Source: an uncultured Anaerolineales bacterium (GTDB lineage Bacteria > Chloroflexota > Anaerolineae > B4-G1). From it: DNA of 32,879 nt. The notes beneath the pieces are model-generated. The model had not been told where the DNA came from. It searched no databases and was given only the letters and a program-made list of their open reading frames with translations. Within the stretch, counting starts at the first letter, position 1. Each line of letters begins with the position of its first letter. Location: positions 1 to 32,879 of the forward strand of contig CAYQTW010000001.1 in the NCBI GenBank assembly GCA_964420485.1. Reading direction: 5' to 3'. The position numbers were made by a program, and so were the translations under genes. Positions 1 through 6,770 of the stretch are shown here, piece by piece.

Positions 1-96
1 GTTCTACGCCGCAAGAGATTCCCTCCATTTCGCAGATGCAAGGTGATTATAACACAGGTACGATTGTGCGCCAAGCGGTGTGAGCGTCCATAGCCT

Positions 97-197
97 GTCA
101 TTCTGGGCATAGCGAAGAATCTTGTCTTGGACAGGCGGATCGAGTGCTGTGGCGTGATATTCTTCGCTTCGCTTCACTGCGTTCCGCTCAGAATAAC
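97..197. repeat. Inverted-repeat element, family GTCATTCTGAGC...GAAGAATC (copy 1). Left arm 97-124, right arm 156-197.
   Basis: Left arm is gtcattctgggcatagcgaagaatcttg. The reverse complement of the right arm, gttattctgagcggaacgcagtgaagcgaagcgaagaatatc, closely matches the left arm of the copy at 17735-17842. It overlaps the last 7 codons and the stop of pyrG. Confidence 0.75.
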
Positions 198-1817
198 AGT
201 AGCCGACGCCAGCGTGTCCTCGCGCCGGGCAATGGTCGCCGCGATAAAAGCCCTGAAAAGAGGATGAGGCCGGTTGGGGCGAGACTTGAACTCGGGATGA
301 AACTGACTGCCCAACATAAAGGGATGGCCGGCCAGTTCGGCGACCTCGATCAGCCGCCCGTCGGGAGAAAGCCCGCTGAACACTAGCCCTGCTTCCGCCA
401 GCACGTCACGGTAGGCATTGTTCACTTCAAAGCGATGACGATGCCGCTCCTGGACCTCGGACACGTCGTAGGCCGCGGCTGCTTTCGTCCCAGGCGCCAG
501 GCAGCAGGGGTACAAGCCCAAACGCATCGTGCCACCCAGATCCACGATCGTACGCTGCTCAGGCATCAGGTCAATTACAGGATACCTGGTGCGGGGGTTA
601 AACTCGGTGCTGTTCGGCTCCTCGCTCCCCAGAGCGTGCCGGGCCAGTTCGACGATCATCACTTGCAAGCCCAGGCATAGCCCCAGGTAGGGCACCCGGT
701 TCTCTCGCGCCCAACGCGCCGTGGCGATCTTGCCCTCGATGCCCCGTTCGCCAAAGCCGCCGGGCACGACCACGCCGGCTACCTCTTTCAGTTCCTCCCA
801 CCCCCGGCCGCGCTCCAGCGCTTCGGAACTGATGTAATGTACGTCAACGTCCCACCCGTGCGCCAGGGCCGCGTGGTACAGCGCCTCGCGTACGCTGATG
901 TAGGCATCGTGCAGTTCGACGTATTTACCTACGATAGCAATGGGCAGCGCGGATTTGGGAGCGTGGATACGATCCACGAGTTCGCGCCATTCGCTCAGAT
1001 CAGGGGGTTCAGTCTCGATCCGCAGCCGCTCGACGATAAAGTCGCCCAGCCCGGCATCCTCCAGGATCAGCGGCACCTCGTACAGCACCGGCGTAGTCAC
1101 CAGTGGGACGACGGCCCGCCGCTCCACGTCGCAGAAAAGCGCGATTTTGTCACACAGCGTGCCGGCCACCGGGTAGTCAGCGCGAGCAATGATAATGTCG
1201 GGCTGGATGCCGATGGAGCGCAGTTCGCGCACGCTGTGCTGCGTGGGTTTGGTTTTCAATTCGCCGGTGGCGCCGACGTGGGGCAAAAAGGTGACGTGGA
1301 TGTAGAGCGTGTTCTCGCGGCCCACGTCCCGGCGCATCTGCCGCAACGCCTCCAGAAAGGGCAACCCCTCGATGTCGCCGACAGTGCCACCGACCTCGAC
1401 GATCACCACGTTGGCCCCGCTTTGCTCGCCGACCAACGCGATGCGCCGCTTGATCTCGTTGGTGATGTGGGGGATAACCTGGATAGTGCCTCCTAAAAAA
1501 TCACCCTGGCGCTCGCGGGCGATGACCTCTGCATAGACCTGCCCGGTGGTGACGTTGCTGGCCTGGGTCAGGTTCTCGTCAGTGAAACGCTCGTAATGGC
1601 CCAGGTCCAGGTCGGTCTCGGCTCCGTCGTCGGTGACAAAGACCTCGCCGTGTTGGTAAGGCGACATTGTTCCCGGGTCCACGTTGATGTAGGGATCGAG
1701 TTTCTGGATAGAGATACGCATACCCCGTGCTTTTAACACCCGGCCGATGGAGGCTGCCGCAACCCCTTTGCCCACGCTGCTGATCACCCCACCAGTGCAG
1801 AAAATGTACTTGCGCAT
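174..1817 (-). CDS. pyrG: CTP synthase (glutamine-hydrolysing)
   Basis: N-terminus [18 protein letters not shown] plus a C-terminal glutamine amidotransferase part ([15 protein letters not shown]). ATG at 1817 is preceded by gaggaagg. The TTG at 1832 listed in the ORF track is less likely. Confidence 0.96.
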   Translation of the reverse strand: MRKYIFCTGGVISSVGKGVAAASIGRVLKARGMRISIQKLDPYINVDPGTMSPYQHGEVFVTDDGAETDLDLGHYERFTDENLTQASNVTTGQVYAEVIARERQGDFLGGTIQVIPHITNEIKRRIALVGEQSGANVVIVEVGGTVGDIEGLPFLEALRQMRRDVGRENTLYIHVTFLPHVGATGELKTKPTQHSVRELRSIGIQPDIIIARADYPVAGTLCDKIALFCDVERRAVVPLVTTPVLYEVPLILEDAGLGDFIVERLRIETEPPDLSEWRELVDRIHAPKSALPIAIVGKYVELHDAYISVREALYHAALAHGWDVDVHYISSEALERGRGWEELKEVAGVVVPGGFGERGIEGKIATARWARENRVPYLGLCLGLQVMIVELARHALGSEEPNSTEFNPRTRYPVIDLMPEQRTIVDLGGTMRLGLYPCCLAPGTKAAAAYDVSEVQERHRHRFEVNNAYRDVLAEAGLVFSGLSPDGRLIEVAELAGHPFMLGSQFHPEFKSRPNRPHPLFRAFIAATIARREDTLASATVILSGTQ

Positions 1818-1945
1818 ACCTTCCTCACTCAACTTTCAAGAGAAGCGGGGAGGGCCGCTTAAGGACGACTCTCCCCATATAAAAAAACAGACTTGGACTT
1901 TTTATCAAGCCCGCAACAACAGCCTCGGTTGGCTCTATTTCTTTT

Positions 1946-2317
1946 CTACAAAAGAGTAGCCAGGGCCTCAGTCGCTCGCCGCATATCCAGGAAAACGAGG
2001 CCCAGTTTAGCCTCTTTGCGGGCCAGGACTGTGAGCACCGCCTCCTCGCCCACCGACGTCAGGATGACATAGCCGTCGTTGCCCTTGATGTAAACCTGGT
2101 TCAGCAAACCGCGCCCCAACTCACCGGCGATACGCTCGCCCAGAGAGAGCATTGCGGCGGACATGGCAGACACCCGGTCCTCCTCCACATTGGCCGGTAG
2201 CGCGGAAGCCATGATCAATCCATCCACACTGACGATAGCCGAGGCCTCAATATCGGGTGTGCCGACCTGCAAGTCTCGCAGCCGATTCACCAGCAGTTCT
2301 GTGCGTGACCGTGCCAT
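1946..2317 (-). CDS. Roadblock/LC7 (MglB-like) domain protein
   Basis: Sequence ...ASAIVSVDGLIMAS...VSAMSAAMLSLGERIA...VYIKGNDGYVILTSVGEEAVLTVLA is typical of Roadblock/LC7. ATG 2317 has an aaggagg SD 5 nt upstream. The alternative ATG 2335 sits too close to the predicted transcription start. Confidence 0.85.
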   Translation of the reverse strand: MARSRTELLVNRLRDLQVGTPDIEASAIVSVDGLIMASALPANVEEDRVSAMSAAMLSLGERIAGELGRGLLNQVYIKGNDGYVILTSVGEEAVLTVLARKEAKLGLVFLDMRRATEALATLL

Positions 2318-2350
2318 CCTCGCCTCCTTGTTCATTTGCTAGACAAATGC

Positions 2351-2379
2351 ACTATATCACAAGTCCCGCACAGTGTCAA
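2351..2379 (-). promoter_or_regulatory. Sigma70-like promoter for the Roadblock gene
   Basis: On the minus strand: TTGACA (2379-2374), 17-nt spacer, TATAGT (2356-2351). Confidence 0.5.
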
Positions 2380-2389
2380 ATGAGTTTCA

Positions 2390-2455
2390 GCAAATCCAAA
2401 TTTGCTCGGCCTGGATCTGGCGATCCAGGCCCAAAGCGGGGATTTGGCAATCCCC
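2390..2455. repeat. Three consecutive short hairpins with 4-nt loops in a divergent intergenic region
   Basis: GCAAATccaaATTTGC (2390-2405), CCTGGATCtggcGATCCAGG (2410-2429), GGGGATTtggcAATCCCC (2438-2455). Confidence 0.6.
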
Positions 2456-2583
2456 TCGGAGCGATTTTGGATCCACCGAGTTTCGTCCAATCCTCTTTAT
2501 TCGTTGTCATAGTCATACCTAGCCCCGGATGCGCTGCCACGCACCAATTGGTTCAATCCCGATAGCCTGCCGCTACAGAAATA

Positions 2584-2613
2584 TTGTGAATTATCTGGCA
2601 GTTGTGGTATACT
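2584..2613 (+). promoter_or_regulatory. Sigma70-like promoter with extended -10 for the AAA-ATPase-like gene
   Basis: TTGTGA (2584-2589), 18-nt spacer ending in TGg, TATACT (2608-2613). SD ggagaggagg at 2633-2642 precedes ATG 2650. Confidence 0.45.
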
Positions 2614-2649
2614 TGGGTCGAGATTCTCCGCCAGGAGAGGAGGCCTGTC

Positions 2650-4434
2650 ATGATAAAATTCCCTTACGGCATCAGTGACTTTTACCAGATCATCACAGAG
2701 AACTACTTTTACATAGACCGCACAGACCGGATTCCGTTGGTCGAAAGAATCGGGAAACAGTTGCTTTTCCTACGCCCGCGGCGGTTCGGCAAGAGCCTGT
2801 GGCTTTCGACGTTGGAGAACTATTACGACGTGGCCAAGGCGGACGAGTTCGAGACGCTCTTTGGGCATCTGGCGATCGGGCAAAACCCCACCCCGCTGCA
2901 CAACCGCTACGTGGTGATGAGATGGGATTTTTCGCTGGTTGATCCCCAGGGGAACGTCGCCGAGATCAAACGATCCCTTCACAACCATATCAACGCGGCT
3001 ATCGAACGTTTTACCCAACAATATCAAAGTCAGTTACATCATACAATTGAACGCGATCCGACAGATGCGTTGCGGTCATTTCAATCGCTGCTGACCGCCG
3101 TTCAACAGACCCCTTACCATCTTTATCTTTTGATTGACGAGTACGACAACTTTGCCAACACCGTGCTGATGAGCGACCGCCCGGACAGCCAGGCGCGTTA
3201 CGAAGCCTTACTCTACGGTGAAGGGGCATTAAAAACCGTCTTCAAGGCAGTCAAAGCGGCAAGTGGGGGGCTGGGCCTGGACCGGGTCTTTATCACCGGC
3301 ATCTCACCAGTGGCACTGAACGACGTGACCAGTGGCTACAACGTCGCCAAGCACATCTCTTTGGAACCTGGTCTGCACGATCTGTGCGGGTTCTGGGAAA
3401 CAGAGATCATCACTCCCCTGCAACATATCGGGCAAGCATGCGACCTGCCGCCGGAAAAAGTTGCCTCAGCACTGACGACGATGAGCGCGTTTTACGATGG
3501 ATATACCTTCAGTCACGACAGTGAAGGAGCGATTTACAACCCTACCCTGGCCTTGTACTTTATGGACTACTTTCAGCATCACTGCCAATCGCCGGCAAAT
3601 ATGCTGGACAGCAATTTTGCTATGGATCGCCAAAAACTGGCCTACATTTCCCACTTGCGCGGTGGCGAGGCATTGATTTTGGATGCCCTACAAGAGGAAA
3701 CCCCTATCAGCGTCTTCCAGTTAGCCGACCAGTTTGGTATGGCAGAGATGCTCGCCCCGGCTCATGACACCCCGTTCATGGCGTCGTTGCTTTACTACCT
3801 GGGAATCTTGACCCTGGGGGAAAAGACCGCGCTGGGCAAGATGACTCTGAGAATCCCCAACTTGGTGGTACGAAAACTATACGTGGAACACATTCAGCGG
3901 ATGTTGCTCCCCGCCCAGGAGCGAGACGCGGCCCAGCAAGCAGCGGAAACACTGTACAGTACCGGCGACATGCAACCGTTGTGTGATTTCATCGAGCAGC
4001 GTTACTTTAAAGTATTCGACAACCGGGATTACTACGGAGCCAATGAACTGACGGTCAAGACTGCGTTTCTCACCTTGCTTTTCAACGACATCGCCTACAT
4101 TATGGACTCGGAAACCGCGCTGGAACGAGGATACGCTGACTTGACAATGATCGTCCGCCCCGAAATGCGCCAGTACCAACTGTTGGACATTCTGATCGAG
4201 TTCAAGTATGTGGGACTGAAAAAGGCCGGTCTCACAGGAGAGCAAGCGCGGAGAATGAGCCGGGATGAAATAAAGTCCCTCGCTGACGTGCAGGCCAGTT
4301 TCCGAGAAGCCATCACACAACTGCGAGACTACCGCCGCCGTCTGGAAACAAAGTACAGAGAAAAGTTGCGCCTGCGCGCTTACGCGGTGGTCTCCCTGGG
4401 CTTTGACCGGCTGGTGTGGGAGGAGATTCGGTAA
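2650..4434 (+). CDS. AAA-ATPase-like domain protein with C-terminal PD-(D/E)XK nuclease-like domain (PF09820/PF08011-type architecture)
   Basis: N-terminus MIKFPYGISDFYQIITENYFYIDRTDRI...LFLRPRRFGKSLWLSTL is the hallmark of this family. The C-terminus GYADLTMIV...DILIEFKYV carries a D...ExK signature. Start chosen at ATG 2650 (strong SD), not the TTG at 2602. Confidence 0.85.
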   Translation: MIKFPYGISDFYQIITENYFYIDRTDRIPLVERIGKQLLFLRPRRFGKSLWLSTLENYYDVAKADEFETLFGHLAIGQNPTPLHNRYVVMRWDFSLVDPQGNVAEIKRSLHNHINAAIERFTQQYQSQLHHTIERDPTDALRSFQSLLTAVQQTPYHLYLLIDEYDNFANTVLMSDRPDSQARYEALLYGEGALKTVFKAVKAASGGLGLDRVFITGISPVALNDVTSGYNVAKHISLEPGLHDLCGFWETEIITPLQHIGQACDLPPEKVASALTTMSAFYDGYTFSHDSEGAIYNPTLALYFMDYFQHHCQSPANMLDSNFAMDRQKLAYISHLRGGEALILDALQEETPISVFQLADQFGMAEMLAPAHDTPFMASLLYYLGILTLGEKTALGKMTLRIPNLVVRKLYVEHIQRMLLPAQERDAAQQAAETLYSTGDMQPLCDFIEQRYFKVFDNRDYYGANELTVKTAFLTLLFNDIAYIMDSETALERGYADLTMIVRPEMRQYQLLDILIEFKYVGLKKAGLTGEQARRMSRDEIKSLADVQASFREAITQLRDYRRRLETKYREKLRLRAYAVVSLGFDRLVWEEIR

Positions 4435-4557
4435 CCGGTTTTGGCAAGACCACGCTGGTCGCCGAACAGCATCTGCCACAAGTTGGACGTGCGCAACCGC
4501 ACCGAGGCCATCACTCGCGCCAGGGAGTTGAGACTGGTCAACGGCATACACACGTGA
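4435..4557 (+). pseudogene. Internally deleted remnant of a MalT/LuxR-type ATPase regulator (Walker A piece joined to the end of the GerE HTH)
   Basis: One frame reads TGFGKTTLVAEQ (Walker A as in PAGFGKTTLV of MalT-like regulators). Shifted by 2 nt, it reads SICHKLDVRNRTEAITRARELRLVNGIHT*, the typical last helix of a LuxR/GerE HTH. No start codon, and only about 40 codons in total. Confidence 0.45.
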
Positions 4558-4667
4558 GCAAACGTGCGTTGCACAGCATCGTCCGGCTCGTGACACAAGA
4601 AACAAGAGATAGAAAAAGAGACAACAGAACTCGACAACATACGCGCAGAAAAGCACAACGACAGCGG

Positions 4668-4991
4668 GATGACCTTACCGGCGAGCATACAGTCGGCGAT
4701 GCCGGACAGATGGTGCTGGCCTGTCTGTTTGCGGCGACGTGGATACTCGATACATTCGTATCTTCTCAATAGGTAGGGGCGAACCCTTGCGGTCGCCCTT
4801 GTGGGCAAGAGCAAGTCCTGCCCCTACCCCAGGATATTGAGAAGATACATACATTCTTTCTACAGTACACGACTTGCCTCAATCAGTACGTGCCACCTGG
4901 CGTCAGAATACCTTTCGCTCGCTTTGGCGAGGATTATGCACAGTACATGCGAGAGGTGCCAATGTGGATCCCGCGATTGCGGAAGAGGTGA
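4668..4991 (+). pseudogene. C-terminal remnant of an ICMT/PEMT-type membrane methyltransferase, interrupted by the MITE
   Basis: Frame 0 reads ...GQMVLACLFAATWILDTF up to 4757. After removing the MITE plus one TSD copy (99 bp, or 33 codons) it continues in frame from 4857: FLQYTTCLNQYVPPGVRIPFARFGEDYAQYMREVPMWIPRLRKR* (stop 4989-4991). The FGE.Y..Y...VP..IP tail is typical of this family. No recognisable N-terminal part. Confidence 0.45.
4758..4848. mobile_element. 91-bp MITE-like element, copy A
   Basis: Perfect 14-bp terminal inverted repeats (gtatcttctcaata / tattgagaagatac) and an internal stem ggtaggggc/gcccctacc. Flanked by an 8-bp direct duplication atacattc (4750-4757 and 4849-4856). 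91/91 identical to 27706-27796. Confidence 0.85.
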
Positions 4992-5016
4992 AATATGTTG
5001 GAGAAAATATTGGCAA

Positions 5017-6636
5017 ATGAGTAGACAGCGCGAGGCAACGTGGCGAGCAGTACATCAAACACCGTTCGATTTGGAGCGGCACGGGAACCTGCTCGTCGCC
5101 ATCCTGGACGAAATGCGAGCCGCGCCAGAACTGAGCGGGGAGCACCTGGCGCGCATCGTGCGCCGGCATCCCCTGCCCGACGGTCGCATCCTCTCCAAAG
5201 CCCAACTCCTCACAGGATACCGCCAATTGTGCGCGCGGGACGGGCGAGCACCCGACACCGAACTGGCGCGCTGTCTGCAAGTCAAGCCCACGCGCACCAT
5301 CTCTGGCGTGGCCCCGGTGACGGTGCTGACTGAGCCCTTTCCCTGCCCCGGCGAGTGCATCTTTTGTCCGGCCCCCGACGGGATGCCCAAGAGTTACCTG
5401 CCCGACGAGCCCGGCGCGATGCGGGCGGCCGCCCACGAGTTCGACCCCTACGCCCAGACCGCCAGCCGCGTCGCCGCGATGGCCGAGATCGGGCACAATG
5501 TGGACAAGGTCGAGTTGCTCATCCTGGGTGGAACGTGGTCGTGTTACCCGGAAGCGTATCAAGAGTGGTTCGTGCGCCGCTGCCTGGACGCGCTGAACGG
5601 GGTGGAGGCGCGCTCGCTGGAGGAAGCGCAACGACTCAACGAGGTCGCGCCGCACCGCAACGTCGGGCTGGTGGTGGAGACGCGGCCCGATTGCATCACG
5701 CCGGAGGAGGTGCGTCGCCTGCGCTGGCTGGGCGTGACAAAGGTGCAACTGGGCGTGCAGAGCCTAGACGACGACCTCCTGGCTCGCAACCGGCGCGGCC
5801 ACACCATCGCCGAGACGCGCCGCGCAATGCGCTTGCTGCGCCTGGCCGGCTTCAAGATCGCCGTCCACTGGATGCCGAACCTGCTGGGGGCCACGCCGGA
5901 AGGCGACCTGGAGGACTTTCGCCGGTTGTGGGACGACCCGGCGCTGCGGCCCGACGAACTAAAGATCTATCCCACGGCGCTCCTGCCGGACACGGAATTG
6001 TACAAGTGCTGGCAGCGGGGCGAGTACCAGCCCTACGACGAAGAGACGCTGGTGACACTGTTGGCCCGCTGCAAGACGCTCATCCCGCCCTACTGCCGCG
6101 TCAACCGGCTGATGCGCGACATTCCCGCGCCCAACATTGTGGCCGGCGTGAAAAAGTCAAACCTGCGCCAGATCGTGCAGCAGCGGATGGCACAGGAGGG
6201 GCTGGCCTGCCGTTGCATCCGCTGCCGCGAGGTACGCGGGCGGACGGTAGAAACAGACACGCTTAGACTGGAGTATCTGGACTATGAGACCGACGCTACC
6301 CACGAGTGCTTTACGAGTTACGTCACGCCCGAGGGCCGGTTGGCGGGGTTCCTGCGCCTTTCGCTGCCCCAGGCCGAGCCGTCCATCGCAGAACTGTCCG
6401 GCTGCGCAATAGTGCGCGAGTTGCACGTCTACGGCCCGGCGCTGGAACTGGGGACCGCGCGGGAAGGGGCAGCCCAGCACGCCGGGTTGGGCACACAGTT
6501 GCTCGACGAGGCCCAGTGCATCGCCCGCCGGGAGGGGTTCGGTCGCCTGGCAGTCATCGCGGCGGCCGGCACGCGGCCCTACTACCGGGAGCGCGGGTTC
6601 GAGCAAGGGGAACTGTACGTGATTGGCAAAGTGTAA
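5017..6636 (+). CDS. elp3: Elp3-like radical SAM / GNAT acetyltransferase (tRNA wobble-uridine modification family)
   Basis: Radical-SAM CX3CX2C motif in PFPCPGECIFCP. Central Elp3-type region (VQLGVQSLDD, IAVHWMPNLLGAT). C-terminal GNAT (HAGLGTQLLDEAQCIARREGFGRLAVIAAAGTRPYYRERGF). Start ATG 5017 was chosen because the upstream part of the ORF-track frame begins inside the MITE, and another frame there encodes the methyltransferase remnant ending at 4991. Confidence 0.85.
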   Translation: MSRQREATWRAVHQTPFDLERHGNLLVAILDEMRAAPELSGEHLARIVRRHPLPDGRILSKAQLLTGYRQLCARDGRAPDTELARCLQVKPTRTISGVAPVTVLTEPFPCPGECIFCPAPDGMPKSYLPDEPGAMRAAAHEFDPYAQTASRVAAMAEIGHNVDKVELLILGGTWSCYPEAYQEWFVRRCLDALNGVEARSLEEAQRLNEVAPHRNVGLVVETRPDCITPEEVRRLRWLGVTKVQLGVQSLDDDLLARNRRGHTIAETRRAMRLLRLAGFKIAVHWMPNLLGATPEGDLEDFRRLWDDPALRPDELKIYPTALLPDTELYKCWQRGEYQPYDEETLVTLLARCKTLIPPYCRVNRLMRDIPAPNIVAGVKKSNLRQIVQQRMAQEGLACRCIRCREVRGRTVETDTLRLEYLDYETDATHECFTSYVTPEGRLAGFLRLSLPQAEPSIAELSGCAIVRELHVYGPALELGTAREGAAQHAGLGTQLLDEAQCIARREGFGRLAVIAAAGTRPYYRERGFEQGELYVIGKV

Positions 6637-6647
6637 GGATTAACCCC

Positions 6648-6676
6648 TTGACAACGCTCTCCAATTCCACTATACT
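6648..6676 (+). promoter_or_regulatory. Sigma70-like promoter for the acyl-CoA ligase gene
   Basis: TTGACA (6648-6653), 17-nt spacer, TATACT (6671-6676). SD aggagg at 6759-6764 precedes ATG 6771. Confidence 0.6.
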
Positions 6677-6770
6677 ATACTCAGAGGTTTGCCCTTGGAC
6701 TTGGGAACGGCTCCCGTCATTCCCCGGCGCGGAGACGCCCCCGCACTCACACAAATATAGGAGGTAAAGT

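Noticed and set aside
4801-5016. N-terminal 72 codons of the ORF-track Elp3 ORF
   Set aside because: The frame starts inside the MITE and overlaps a different frame that encodes a recognisable methyltransferase tail ending at 4991. ATG 5017 is the first start after that stop.
5355-6266. 303-aa alternative-frame ORF inside the Elp3 gene. Similar R/P/G-rich ORFs occur inside the STAND regulator gene (for example 31365-31970 and 31414-32307).
   Set aside because: Extreme Arg/Pro/Gly/Ala composition is typical of off-frame translation of GC-rich genes. They overlap strongly supported CDSs.
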